From assembly GCA_963666215.2 (NCBI GenBank), contig CAXWPL010000001.1, positions 128,001 to 192,000 of the forward strand: a stretch of 64,000 nt of DNA. Reading direction: 5' to 3'. Under the pieces are notes generated by a model, which saw only the letters and a program-made list of their open reading frames with translations, made no database searches and was not told the origin of the DNA. Shown piece by piece: positions 44,381-55,522 of the stretch; the stretch's first letter is position 1; every line of letters starts with the position of its first letter. A program made the position numbers and the translations under genes. The DNA is from Acidobacteriota bacterium (GTDB lineage Bacteria; Acidobacteriota; UBA890; WLXD01).

Positions 44381-46974
44381 TTGCCCTCCATCGCCGCGGC
44401 CAGCGAGCTGGCCCAAGCCCGGTAGAGATCGTTGCACGAGTGGTCGAGCAGGCCTGATCCGCCGCCACGGATCGTCAGACGCGGGGCCAGGGGCCCGCAC
44501 GCAGGAGAAGCCGCGCTGCGCGTGTTGGAGCGATCCGAGCCATCCGAACCAGGCTCCGCCGGGCCGGGCCCGGTCGAGCTCTCCAACTCGAGCGCGTCGA
44601 CCCCGGTTACGTGACCGATCCGCACGGCCGGGACCTCGAGCTCAGCAGCGAGGCGCTCGAGCTCGGCTTGCTGTTCGCGAGCAACGCTCGCAACCACCCG
44701 AGTCGGCCGCTCGCCAAACAGGAGCGCCGCGATCTCCACGTGGTTAGCGTGCGCGTTGACGCCTGGCAGTTCAAGGTCGGCGCCCAGCAGCGAGAGGCCG
44801 ATGTCATCGATCCCTTCAAGAACTCCCGAGGCCTGCTGGGCGTCAGTTCGCTCGGCATCGGCGCCGTGGAAACAGCACTCGGCAAGCGCTACCGCCAGGC
44901 CACCGTCGGCACAATCGTGGGCGCTGTGCAGCAGTCCGTCGGCCGCGGCGGCGACCAGCAGCCGCTGCAGACGGGCCTCCAGGCCGAGGTCCAGACCGGG
45001 CACCGCCCCCGGCCGGCTCTCATGAAACAAGCGAACGTAGGCCGACCCTCCGAGGCCGGCGTCGTCAATCTCCTCCCCTGCCACAGCAGACTCGCTCGAC
45101 GACCCGTCGAACGCGCCGAGAAGCCAGACGGAGTCTCCTGGGCGCTGAAACCCCGACGGCACCGACATGGCGCCATCGGCCAGAAGTCCCAGGGCACCGA
45201 TCACGGGTGTAGGGAGAATCGGGAGCTCCACGGTTTCATTGTAGAAAGAAACATTACCCCCGGTCACTGGTACTCCGAGCTCACGACAAGCCTCGCTCAT
45301 GCCTGCCACGGCGGCTGCGAACTGCCCCATGCGGTCGGGCTCTTCGGGCGAGCCGAAATTGAGGCAATTCGTGATTGCGAGGGGCTGGGCGCCGGTGCAC
45401 GCGACGTTGCGGCAGGCCTCGGCTACGGCAAGCGCGGCGCCGCGGCGGGGATCGAGACCGGCAAACCACGGGTTGCCATCGAGCGAAAGTGCCACTGCCC
45501 TCGGTGTGCGCTCGAGGCGCACCACGGCAGCGTCACCACCCGGACGCTGGATGGTGTTGAAACGAACCGTCTGGTCGTATTGCTGAAAGATCCAGCGTTT
45601 CGACGACAGCGTCGGGTCAGCGACTAGAGCCAGCAGAACGTCGACGGCAGCGATCGGCTCGTCAAGCGAACCACCAGCATCCGTGCCGCCCTGCGAGTCA
45701 GCGGCCACGGGAGCCGTGAATAGATCGCTCGCGCGGAGCTCCGGATGCTCGGCAGGCGGCGAAAACGGCCTGTCGTAGCACGGCCCCTCCTCGGCAAGCG
45801 ATTGCGCTGGGACGTTGGCTACGAGCTCGCCACCTTCGAGAACCCGTACATTGCCGTCGTCCGTGACGCTTCCAACCACCACGGCGTCGAGCTCCCACTT
45901 GTCGAACACGCCGAGCACCTGTTCGAGGCGGTCGGGCTCGCACACCAGCATCATGCGCTCCTGTGACTCCGAGAGCATGACCTCGTAGGCGCTCATATCG
46001 GCCTCGCGGCGAGGCACCTTGGCGATGTCGATCTCCATGCCGGTGCCAGAGTTCGACGCCATCTCGCTGGTGGCACAGGTGAGGCCAGCACCGCCCATGT
46101 CCTGCATGCCCACGAGGAGCCCGCGTTCGCAGATCTCCAGGCATGCTTCCATGAGCAGCTTCTCGGTGAACGGATCACCCACCTGCACCGCTGGGCGCTT
46201 CTCGGTTGCCTCGGCGTCGAACGTGGCGGAGGCCAACAAACTCACGCCGTAGATGCCGTCGCGGCCGGTCTTGGCGCCGACGTAGATCACCGGATTTCCC
46301 ACACCGTCGGCGCGCGCTTTGACGATGTCGTTTGCCGCGACCACACCGAAGCACATGACGTTGACCAGCGGGTTGTGGTCGTAACTCGAGTCGAAGTAGA
46401 CCTCGCCACCCACTGTCGGGACGCCCATACAGTTGCCATAGCCGGCGATCCCGCCGACGACGCCCTCCAGGAGGAAGCGATTCTTCGCGGTCTGCAGCAG
46501 TCCGAAGCGCAGCGAATTCAGCAACGCCAGCGGCCGGGCTCCCATCGTGAAGATGTCCCGCAGAATGCCTCCGACGCCCGTGGCAGCGCCCTGGTAGGGC
46601 TCGATGTACGACGGATGGTTGTGACTCTCGACTTTGAACACACCGGCGAGACCGTTACCCAAGTCGACCGCACCGGCGTTCTCTCCAGGCCCCAATAGAA
46701 CCGCCGGCCCGTCGGTGGGCAGCGTGCGCAGGTGCACCTTGCTGCTCTTGTACGAACAGTGCTCCGACCACATCACCGAGTACATGCCGAGCTCGGTAGC
46801 GTTAGGCGATCGCCCGAGGATGTGGCAAATGCGGGCGAATTCCTCGGCGGTCATGCCGTGCTCGACGGCGCTCGTCTCGTCGGCCACAGCTCCGCCGGCG
46901 ATTGGCGTTGCTTGCGCTGTGTCAGAGAGAGGCGCGGTTAAGGCTTCGACGACGTTGGAGCCCGTGTTAGACAT
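44377..46974 (-). CDS. purL: FGAM synthase subunit PurL (small type)
   Basis: [55 protein letters not shown]. Confidence 0.97.
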
Positions 46975-47773
46975 CGAGCGCGACCTCCGGCTCACCCTGG
47001 AGGACCTGCTGGGTCTGCTGGGCAAGCGACGCCTGTCCCGTGCCGGCCGCTGACGCGAGCGGTTGCTCGTCGGAGATCGACCGCCGAGCGACGATCGCCT
47101 CGCGCAGCGAATTGAAGATGTACCGGCCGTCGTCTGAGCCCAACGCGGGCTCCATGCAACGCTCCGGGTGCGGCATGAGTCCCATCACCCGGCCGCTCTC
47201 ATCGCTGACCGCGGCAATGTCGTTGACCGATCCGTTGGGATTGAATCTCGATGCACGCTCACCACGCGGCCCGCAGAAGCGCATCGCGATCTGCCCGTTC
47301 TTCTCTAGGCGCTGGGCGGTAAGCTCGTCCACATAGAAACAGCCTTCGTAGTGCGCCATGTTGAGCCGCAGCACCTGGCCTTCGGCACAGGCTCGGGTGT
47401 AGGGCAGATCGTTGCGCTCGACCCTCATGAGCAGATCCTGACACCGGAACTTGAGCCCGGCGTTGGGCATCAACGCACCGGGTAGCAACCCGGCCTCCAC
47501 GAGCACCTGGAAGCCGTTGCAGATCCCGAGCACCATGCCCCCGTCAGCGACGTAGCGCTCCATGGCCCCCATCACAGGCGAGAAGCGAGCCAACGCGCCG
47601 GCGCGCAGATGATCACCGTACGAGAATCCACCGGCGATGATCAGCGCCTCGTAGCGGCTCAGATCGGTGTCGCGATGCCAAACGGTGCCGGCCTCGAGCC
47701 CGACGAGACGCGCCGCGTGCACGGCATCCTGCTCGCAGTTACTGCCCGGGTAGTAGACGACGCCGACGCTCAT
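46967..47773 (-). CDS. purQ: FGAM synthase glutaminase subunit
   Basis: PGSNC, GGFSYGD, GICNGFQ, NPNGS, MPHPER. Confidence 0.97.
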   Translation of the reverse strand: MSVGVVYYPGSNCEQDAVHAARLVGLEAGTVWHRDTDLSRYEALIIAGGFSYGDHLRAGALARFSPVMGAMERYVADGGMVLGICNGFQVLVEAGLLPGALMPNAGLKFRCQDLLMRVERNDLPYTRACAEGQVLRLNMAHYEGCFYVDELTAQRLEKNGQIAMRFCGPRGERASRFNPNGSVNDIAAVSDESGRVMGLMPHPERCMEPALGSDDGRYIFNSLREAIVARRSISDEQPLASAAGTGQASLAQQTQQVLQGEPEVALDV

Positions 47774-48045
47774 GCCGCGTCGCCTCCCGTACCGACGGAA
47801 GAGTCGAGGAGCTGGGTGTCGAATGTCTCGATCACCGGGTTGGCGAGTAGCTCTTCGGCCATTGCGCGCAGCAATCGCTCAGCCTCCGCCCGGTCTTCAG
47901 TGGCGAGCTCGATGTCGAAGACCTTCCCCTGCCGCACATCGTCAACCTGCTCGTAGCCCAGATTGCCGAGCGCTTTCGCGATCGTCAGTCCCTGCGGGTC
48001 GAGCACCTGTGCCTTGAGCCGCACCAGCACACGCCCTTTCACCAC
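47770..48045 (-). CDS. purS: FGAM synthase subunit PurS
   Basis: VLDPQG, VRQGK, LLANPVIE. Confidence 0.96.
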   Translation of the reverse strand: MVKGRVLVRLKAQVLDPQGLTIAKALGNLGYEQVDDVRQGKVFDIELATEDRAEAERLLRAMAEELLANPVIETFDTQLLDSSVGTGGDAA

Positions 48046-48177
48046 CCACCTCGCATTTGATATGCCCCTGGTTGCCGTTGCCAGGCGCTAACGGCCAATG
48101 CCCTTGTCGGCAGCTCGCCACCCACGGATCGTGATCCGTCGCCAAGTCCGCTCCTGCCCGAGCTGGTTCTGTGCTCG

Positions 48178-49485
48178 TCAACCACCATCTCGCACCCCGA
48201 GAACGCGTTCGAAAATGTGATCGACGTTGGCCAGCGAGGCCTCCAGATCGAACACCTCGGCAAGCTCGCGATCGTCCACGACCTCGCCGAGCTCCTCGTC
48301 GGCGGCCAGGACGTCGCGGAAGGCCTCGCCACTCTCCCAACACCGCATAGCGGAGCGCTGCACGATTGCGTACGCCTGCGTGCGGATCACGCCGCGCGCG
48401 ATCAAACGCTCCAACAAACGACTCGAGAACACGAGCCCATTGGTGAGTTCGAGATTGCGCTGCATGTTCTGCGGATACACGCGCATTCCCTCCACCACGC
48501 CCGCGAGTCGATGGGTCATGAAATCGACCAACAAGCACGCATCCGCGAGCGCTACACGCTCGGCCGACGAATGCGAGATATCGCGCTCATGCCACAGCGC
48601 GATGTTTTCGAAGCCTGTTCCCGCGTAGGCGCGCACCAAGCGAGCGAGCCCCACGAGGTTCTCGCACTTGATCGGATTGCGCTTGTGGGGCATCACCGAC
48701 GAGCCCTTCTGACCAGCCCCGAAAGGCTCCTCGACTTCTCGGATTTCAGTTCGTTGCAAGCCTCGGATCTCGGTTGCCACGCGCTCGATGGCCGCGGCGG
48801 CCAGAGCCAAGACCGATAGGAGCTCAGCGTGGCGGTCGCGTGGCACGACCTGAGTCGAAACCGGCTCGATCTGCAGGTCCAGAGTGCGGCAGGCGAGCTC
48901 TTCGACGCGAGGATCGACGGTGTTGTACGTGCCTACGGCGCCGGAGAACTGACCGAAGCTCACCATCTTGCGAGCCCGCTCGAGACGCTCGCGGCAGCGC
49001 CGGAACTCCTCGTACCAGCCGAGTACCTTGAGGCCGAAGGTAATCGGCTCGGCATGGATGCCGTGGCTGCGCCCAACCATCGGCAAGCTCTTGTGCTCCT
49101 GGGCCAGGGCTCGCAGCACCTCCAACAACCGATCCCACCCTACGAGGATCAGATCTATCGACCGCCGACAGCGCAGCGCCAGCGATGTATCGAGCACGTC
49201 CGACGACGTCAGTCCAAGGTGGAGGTAGCGCGCAGCGTCGCCCACCTGCTCTTCGATCGCCTCGAGAAAAGCGATGACGTCGTGGCCTGTACGGCGCTCG
49301 ATCTCGAGCACACGCTGCGCGTCGGGTGGCGCGGCTTGGCGAAGGGTCACGATCGCTTCGGCCGGTACTGTACCGAGCGTCGCCATGGCTTCGGCAGCCG
49401 CGAGCTCCACCTCGAGCCACGAGGCGTAAATCGCCGACTCGTCCCAAAGGCGAGCCATCTCCGATCGCGTGTAGCGGGAGATCAT
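48178..49485 (-). CDS. purB: Adenylosuccinate lyase
   Basis: MISRY, HDVIAF, GLTSSD, GRSHGIHAEP, GSSVMPHKRNP, ERDISHSS. Confidence 0.97.
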   Translation of the reverse strand: MISRYTRSEMARLWDESAIYASWLEVELAAAEAMATLGTVPAEAIVTLRQAAPPDAQRVLEIERRTGHDVIAFLEAIEEQVGDAARYLHLGLTSSDVLDTSLALRCRRSIDLILVGWDRLLEVLRALAQEHKSLPMVGRSHGIHAEPITFGLKVLGWYEEFRRCRERLERARKMVSFGQFSGAVGTYNTVDPRVEELACRTLDLQIEPVSTQVVPRDRHAELLSVLALAAAAIERVATEIRGLQRTEIREVEEPFGAGQKGSSVMPHKRNPIKCENLVGLARLVRAYAGTGFENIALWHERDISHSSAERVALADACLLVDFMTHRLAGVVEGMRVYPQNMQRNLELTNGLVFSSRLLERLIARGVIRTQAYAIVQRSAMRCWESGEAFRDVLAADEELGEVVDDRELAEVFDLEASLANVDHIFERVLGVRDGG

Positions 49486-49814
49486 CGAGCTCTCGTCGCG
49501 GCGACTCGTAGCGCCGTGTGACGGTGAACGAAAAGCGGACTGGGCGTGGTGACTCGCGGCAGAGAACGATGCGAGTCGGGGGCGTCGACCCCCCCTGACG
49601 TCGCCATTCTAGGACCACCCGCCGCCGGGCGCGAATCGGTTACTGGAAACCGGCCTGTTGAGACGTCGGGCGGGCCGCCCGAGGCGCCTGGGGAACCGGT
49701 AGAGCTTGGCCGTATCGACCCGGGCACAGGGTCTCAGGCCGGCCGCCGACAGCCGCGGCAGGCGGGGCGACAGCCGCCGATCAAGCCATCGAGCGCCCGC
49801 CGAGATTCGCAGAA

Positions 49815-51170
49815 TCAGCCGGGAGACCTCATCGGCTGCGCCCGCGATACGTCGTGGAGCTCGGGCGCCGCGTCGAAGCCCAGCGACTCGAGACGACCGC
49901 TGAGATCCGAGGTGATGTCGGTGTCGGCGTCACGCCCACACAACACGCCTACCGACAACGCCGCCGGGTCGAAGAGCTCGCGACCCAGTGCCTGCACCTG
50001 CTCGAGGCTGACGGCGTCGATCTCGGAAAGGATCTCCTGTAACCCGATTGACCGGCCGAACGAGATCTGCTGGCGCGCCAGATTCGACATGCGGCTGGAG
50101 CTATTCTCGAGGCCGAGCATCATGCTGCCCTTGACGTGATCTTTCACACGCGTCAACTCTTCGCTCTCGATCGGCCGATCGCACAGCGCTTCGAGCTCGG
50201 AGGCGACCAATTCGAGCACCTTGCCCACCGCGTCGCGCCCGGTCGCCGCCGAAATCCACACGTAGCCGGCGTCCGCGTAAACGCCAATGCTGGAATAGAC
50301 GTTGTAGGCGAGCCCATGCTCCTCACGGATCACCTGGAACAAACGCGACGACACGCTGCCGCCGAGCAGCGTGTCGAGAAGGTGAAGGGCGTATCGGTCG
50401 GTGCCATTCGCCGAACGCCCGGGGCCTGCGACGTAGAGGTGCGCCTGTTCGAGATCATGGCGCGTGAGCAGCATGCAGTGGCGACTGGCAACCGGCGCCT
50501 CAGTCTTCTCAGGTGGCGGTGAGGCCTCGCGTCCTCCAAGAAGCCGATCCGCGAGGACCGTGAGCGCCTCGTGGTCGACGTTGCCGGCGGCGGCCACGAT
50601 CAGCTCAGAAGGACTAACGCTCTCGAGGTAGGCGCGCAGCTGTTCGGGGCGCAGAGCGGTAACGGTCTCGCGCGTCCCCAGGATGGGTCGGCCTAGCCCA
50701 TGTCGAGGCCAGAATCGCGCGGCGAAACGCTCGTAGAGAACCTCCTCTGGAGAGTCGTCAACGCCGGCGATCTCCTCCAGAATCACTCCACGCTCGATCT
50801 CCATATCGTTGCTTGCGAGGCGAGGATCGCCCACGAGATCGGCAAGAAGCTCGAACGCGCGTTGCAGGTTCTCGTCGAGGACCGTGGCGTAGTAGCAGGC
50901 GTGCTCCTTGGCGGTGAACGCATCCAGTTGCCCGCCCATGGCGTCGATCTCCAGCGCGATGTCGCGCGCCGAACGCGAGACCGTGCCCTTGAACAACATG
51001 TGCTCGAGGAAATGCGCAGTGCCGCCGAGCTCGGCCGCCTCGTCGCGCGACCCGCGGGTAATCCACAGGCCAAGAGAAACCGAACGCACCGCGGGCATGC
51101 GCTCGCTGACCACGGTGACACCGTTATCGAGCACAGTTGCACGGCCCACACGGGCGAATGTCTCGGTCAT
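49815..51170 (-). CDS. M16 (pitrilysin-family) zinc peptidase
   Basis: LDNGV, GSRDE, HFLEH (HxxEH), SSRLFQVIREEHGLAY. ATG at 51170. Confidence 0.93.
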   Translation of the reverse strand: MTETFARVGRATVLDNGVTVVSERMPAVRSVSLGLWITRGSRDEAAELGGTAHFLEHMLFKGTVSRSARDIALEIDAMGGQLDAFTAKEHACYYATVLDENLQRAFELLADLVGDPRLASNDMEIERGVILEEIAGVDDSPEEVLYERFAARFWPRHGLGRPILGTRETVTALRPEQLRAYLESVSPSELIVAAAGNVDHEALTVLADRLLGGREASPPPEKTEAPVASRHCMLLTRHDLEQAHLYVAGPGRSANGTDRYALHLLDTLLGGSVSSRLFQVIREEHGLAYNVYSSIGVYADAGYVWISAATGRDAVGKVLELVASELEALCDRPIESEELTRVKDHVKGSMMLGLENSSSRMSNLARQQISFGRSIGLQEILSEIDAVSLEQVQALGRELFDPAALSVGVLCGRDADTDITSDLSGRLESLGFDAAPELHDVSRAQPMRSPG

Positions 51171-51237
51171 GCCGGTGGGCGCTCTGACGTTAGCAATGCT
51201 CGGTGACTCACCACCGCCGCGTGTACAGCTGGTTGCG

Positions 51238-52155
51238 CTAGGCTTTCCCGAGTAACCACAGCATGATCGCCTTCTGCGCGTGCAGCCTGTTCTCCGCTTG
51301 ATCGAGCACCACCGAAATGTCGGAGTCGAGCACCTCGTCGGTAACCTCCTCGTTACGGTGTGCCGGCAAGCAATGCATGAAGCGTGCGCCGGCGTTGGCC
51401 TGCGACATGAGCTTGGTGTCCACCTGGAAGCCCTCGAATCGCGCCAGCTTCTCGGCCCCACCTTCCTGGCCCATCGAGACCCACGTGTCGGTGTAGACGG
51501 CGTCGGCACGGGACACCGCAACCATGGGATCGGTGCCGACTTCTATCGTGGTGCCGGCAGCGGAGGCCATCTCCTGGGCGCGCGCCACAATCCCGGCGTC
51601 GGCGGGGTGCTCGGCGGGCGTGGCGACCGCGACGTTCACTCCGAACAGCGGCCCGGCGAGCATCAGCGAGTGCGTCATGTTGTTGCCGTCGCCCACGTAG
51701 GCGAGCTTGAATCCACCGAGATCGCCGAACTGCTCGCGCAGCGTGAGGTAGTCGGCCATGACCTGGCACGGGTGCAGCAGGTCCGAGAGTCCGTTGATCA
51801 CCGGCACGGTGGCATTCGCCGCCAGCTGCTTGATGTCGTCGTGAGCGAAGACCCGCGCCATCATGATGTCGAGGTAGCGGGAAAGCACGCGCGCGGAGTC
51901 GGGAATGGTCTCGCCACGCCCGAGCTGCAAATCGCTCGACGACAAGAACAACCCCGTGCCGCCCAGTTGGCTGATGCCGACCTCGAACGAAACGCGCGTC
52001 CGAGTGGACGGCTTCTGGAAAATCATGCCGAGCGTGAGACCGGCACAGGCATCGCGGAACGATTCCGGCCGTTGCTTGACGTCGGAGGCCAGTCCCAGCA
52101 GCCAGGCCAAGTGGTCGGCGTCGTGATCGGCGACGGAAATGAAGTGGTCGAGCAT
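51238..52155 (-). CDS. argF: Ornithine carbamoyltransferase (probably catabolic ArcB from context)
   Basis: FQKPSTRTR, HPCQ, YVGDGNN, WVSMG, FMHCLP, QAENRLH. Confidence 0.95.
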   Translation of the reverse strand: MLDHFISVADHDADHLAWLLGLASDVKQRPESFRDACAGLTLGMIFQKPSTRTRVSFEVGISQLGGTGLFLSSSDLQLGRGETIPDSARVLSRYLDIMMARVFAHDDIKQLAANATVPVINGLSDLLHPCQVMADYLTLREQFGDLGGFKLAYVGDGNNMTHSLMLAGPLFGVNVAVATPAEHPADAGIVARAQEMASAAGTTIEVGTDPMVAVSRADAVYTDTWVSMGQEGGAEKLARFEGFQVDTKLMSQANAGARFMHCLPAHRNEEVTDEVLDSDISVVLDQAENRLHAQKAIMLWLLGKA

Positions 52156-52267
52156 CGTTCGGTCTCCTGCGGCTGGCTACGTCAGCCTTGACGGGTTTGC
52201 TTGGCGGCTTCGAATAATCTCGAAGAGTGTTGGCCGGGGACGGTCCCCGTTGCCGGATAGCTGAGCT

Positions 52268-53413
52268 TCAACGTTCGGGCTTCGTCTCGAGAGCCCGAGA
52301 GTCGTCGGAATGCACTCGGGTGCCAGCATCGCCGACCATGGCCTCGCTGAGGCAGCTTGCCGAGGTGATCAGAACCTCGCTGCGGGTTCGCTCGGCGAAG
52401 TCGGCGGCGGCCGAGATCTTCGGGCCCATGCTGCCGGGCGGGAATTCACCCGCTGCCACGCGCGCACGCGCCTCTGAAACACCCAGGTGCTGCATGCGGC
52501 GCTGACGTTTCGTCCCGAAGTCGGAGTAAACCGCGTCGACAGCCGTCAGCGAAATCAGCAAACCAGCGCCCACTGCTTCGCCCACGAGCGCGGCCGTGTG
52601 GTCCTTGTCAACAACGCCGTCGACGGCGCGCCACGCTGGCGCGTGGAAACTGCCGCTATCTCCTGACATGCCCGTGTGAACTTCGGAATCGGCGCTCGTT
52701 CGCAGCGGTACCCGCCGCCGAACACCGGCGAGCACACCGCTCGGCAGCTCGAGCCCTTCGCCCGAGCGCACCAACGGAATGCCGCCACCGCCACCGGCGA
52801 TCACAACCGCGCCAATCTCGACGAGCTGTCGAACGAGGTCGGCGTTGAGCAATCGAAGCGGGCGCGGCGACGGCACGACTCTTCGCCAGCCCCGTCCAGC
52901 ATCGGAGATCATCTTCCAACCCCAGTCCTGCTGCAGCGTCGCCGCCTGCTCTTTTGAATAGAAGGGGCCGATCGGCTTGGTTGGCGCCCTGAGCCCGCTG
53001 TCATCGGCGTCGACTTCCACGAGGCTCAACACCGCGGCCACCGACCGTTCGGCACCCCGGCCAGCAAGCGCGTTGCGGACCCCGAGCTCGATGAGGAAGC
53101 CCATGCTTCCCTGTGTAGCCCCGACGTGCCCGGCCAGGGACATCGGCTCGACCTCCGTGGCCGAGTAGCGGTCGCGCAGCAAAGCAGCGCCGACCTGCGG
53201 GCCGTTGCCGTGCACCAGCACTAGCTTGGTCTCGGTGCCCAGCGCATCAAAAACCCTCTCGACGGCTTCACGGGCAAGCTGCGCTTGGAACAACTCCGAC
53301 TCGTTGCCGCGCGGACTGAGCGCGTTGCCGCCGAACGCCACGACCACCGGGCCGCCAGCCGCGGCGGCCACGCACCCGCCCACGCTCGGATGCAGAGCGC
53401 CTGCGTCACGCAC
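52268..53413 (-). CDS. arcC: Carbamate kinase
   Basis: VVAFGGNA, HGNGPQVG, PTKPIGPFY, WRRVVPSP.P, GGGGIP, VDKD, GSMGPK. Confidence 0.95.
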   Translation of the reverse strand: MRDAGALHPSVGGCVAAAAGGPVVVAFGGNALSPRGNESELFQAQLAREAVERVFDALGTETKLVLVHGNGPQVGAALLRDRYSATEVEPMSLAGHVGATQGSMGFLIELGVRNALAGRGAERSVAAVLSLVEVDADDSGLRAPTKPIGPFYSKEQAATLQQDWGWKMISDAGRGWRRVVPSPRPLRLLNADLVRQLVEIGAVVIAGGGGGIPLVRSGEGLELPSGVLAGVRRRVPLRTSADSEVHTGMSGDSGSFHAPAWRAVDGVVDKDHTAALVGEAVGAGLLISLTAVDAVYSDFGTKRQRRMQHLGVSEARARVAAGEFPPGSMGPKISAAADFAERTRSEVLITSASCLSEAMVGDAGTRVHSDDSRALETKPER

Positions 53414-53438
53414 GCCGATGCTTCAGCTGTCCGGGCTC

Positions 53439-54765
53439 TCAGCCGGCCGACTCGACGAACTTCGCCAGCGGCTCGGACAGCGTCGGGCTGCCGATCTCCT
53501 GCAATTCGTAGGTAACGCGCAGCGCCGGCACGTCGATGTTCACAAGAGCGCGAAGGTCGATCGGCGTTGCGATGACCACGAGGTCGCACGGGGTAGCGTT
53601 GATCGTCGCCTCGAGATCGCGGATCTGCTCGTCGCCGTATCCCATCGCCGGGATCACCACCTCGGTCTGCGGGTACTGCTCGAAGGTTTCCGCGATGCTT
53701 CCGACGGCGTAGGGATGAGGATCCACGAGCTCCGCGGCCCCGTGCTTCATCGCCGCCATGACCCCGGCACCGTACTCCATCTCCCCATGAGTGAGCGTCG
53801 GTCCGTCCTCGATGACGAGCACCCGCTTACCCGAAATCTGCTCGGCTCCCTCGACAAACAGCGGCGAAGCACCGTCGACGACTGTCGCACCTGGATTGAC
53901 CTCGCGAATGTTGTAGCGAACCTCGTCGATGCCTTCTGGGGCCGCGGTATCGATCTTGTTGATCACCACCACGTCGGCGCGACGCAGGTTGGCCTCACCG
54001 GGGTGGTGGGTCATTTCATGGCCTGGCCGGTGAGGATCGACGACGACGATCTCGAGGTCCGACTTCACCAGTGGAAAGTCGTTGTTGCCGCCGTCCCAAA
54101 CGATGATATCGGCCTCTTTCTCGGCCTCGGCGACGATCGCTCCGTAGTCGACACCGGCGTAAACAACAACGCCTCGGCGAATGTGGGGCTCGTACTCCTC
54201 GCGTTCCTCGATGGTGCACTCGTGGGTGTTCAAGTCCTCGAGGGTCGCAAAGCGCTGAACCCTCTGCTTGACCAGATCGCCGTACGGCATCGGATGGCGA
54301 ATCGCCACCACCCGCCTTACCCATCCCCTGCAAGATCTCCACGACACGCCGTGTCGTCTGGCTCTTGCCGCAGCCGGTGCGGACGGCGCAAACCGACACG
54401 ACGGGCACCTGCGACCCAACCATGCCGTGCTTGGCGCCGAGCATCCGATAGTCGGCGCCAGCGGCGATGACACGCGAGCCCAGATGCATTACGTCCTCGT
54501 GGGAGACGTCGCTGTAGGCGAAGACAGCCTGGTCGACATCGTGATCCTCAATCAACTGCTCGAGGTCGTCCTCGGCGTAGATCGGGATACCGTCGGGGTA
54601 CAGATCGCCGCACAACTCGGCAGGATACGTGCGGCCGTCGATGTCGGGAATCTGCGTAGCGGTGAACGCGACGACTTCGTAGCGCTCATTGTCGCGGAAG
54701 TAGACGTTGAAGTTGTGAAAATCGCGACCGGCAGCACCCAGAATCAATACGCGTGAGCGTTCCAT
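53439..54765 (-). CDS. arcE: Arginine synthetase ArcE-like P-loop NTPase (COG2403, cDPG-synthetase-related), split by one extra base near 54315; 441 aa if corrected
   Basis: ORF 54016..55146 supplies ILGAAGRDFHNFN, AFTATQIP, FAYSD, AVRTGCGKSQT. ORF 53439..54473 supplies RHPMPYGDL, TIEEREEYE, WDGGNND, EDGPTLTHG, PAMGY. Junction ATG GGT AAG (G) CGG GTG. Confidence 0.85.
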
Positions 54766-54961
54766 AGAGAAAGAGTCCCCTTGAGCGATGAAGTGACGGA
54801 GTCCGGACCGCGTCGTCAGGGGAACACGGAACCCGCCGCGTTCGGGACACATGCGGCAGAAGGCACGGGAACGCGTCGCGTACCACGTTAGCACCGGCCG
54901 AGAAATGGGGTCAAACGAGCCCTCCGATCGCTGAGATCGTCTCGGCATATGTCTCGATGGC

Positions 54962-55522
54962 CTATTCGAGACGGTGTACGAGCCCACCGGGCCAGACAGC
55001 ATAGCGTCCCAGGCAATCAGCCGCACCACGCCGGAACCACGCACGCGCCTGAGCGTCGACGAGCAACCCGGCGACGCCGGCAATCGGCTCGAGCTGACGC
55101 GCTGCGCCGCCAGGGCCAACCACGAGGGAGATTCGCACGGCGACACCGCGACCCAAGATTGTCGTGCTCGGCGTCGAGGTGAGCGGAGGTATCGGGAAAT
55201 GGCGCAGCGCCGCGTCCAGCGCCGGCGGTGAGGCAGAGGTCAGCACGCCCGCAGCTCCGGCGCCGTTACCGTTCAGCAGCTCGACCGCCGCTGCGGTCGG
55301 GACCAGTCGCGCATCATCGCCAATCAGGCGCTCGATCTCCAGAAGAGTGGCGCCGCAAAGGGCCCGGGCTTGCGCGCCGTCAGCGTCGTAAGCGCCGGCT
55401 TCGTAGGCAACAAACGTCTCCGCCAGCAACATTGCCAGCAACACAGACATCGTGGCGGTGGCGGCCACAACCGTCAGTAGGGCGGCTCCCGAGTGCGTGC
55501 AATCACGGGCAGTGTCAGCCAC
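54962..55522 (-). CDS. PilX/GspK-like minor pilin
   Basis: G|AALLTVV hydrophobic helix lacking Glu5; last gene of the minor pilin set. Confidence 0.6.
   Translation of the reverse strand: MADTARDCTHSGAALLTVVAATATMSVLLAMLLAETFVAYEAGAYDADGAQARALCGATLLEIERLIGDDARLVPTAAAVELLNGNGAGAAGVLTSASPPALDAALRHFPIPPLTSTPSTTILGRGVAVRISLVVGPGGAARQLEPIAGVAGLLVDAQARAWFRRGAADCLGRYAVWPGGLVHRLE

Noticed and set aside
53439-54765. Cyclic 2,3-diphosphoglycerate synthetase, or two separate genes
   Set aside because: There is no 2-phosphoglycerate kinase neighbour, the context is arcC/OTCase, and the two ORFs are contiguous halves of one family member.
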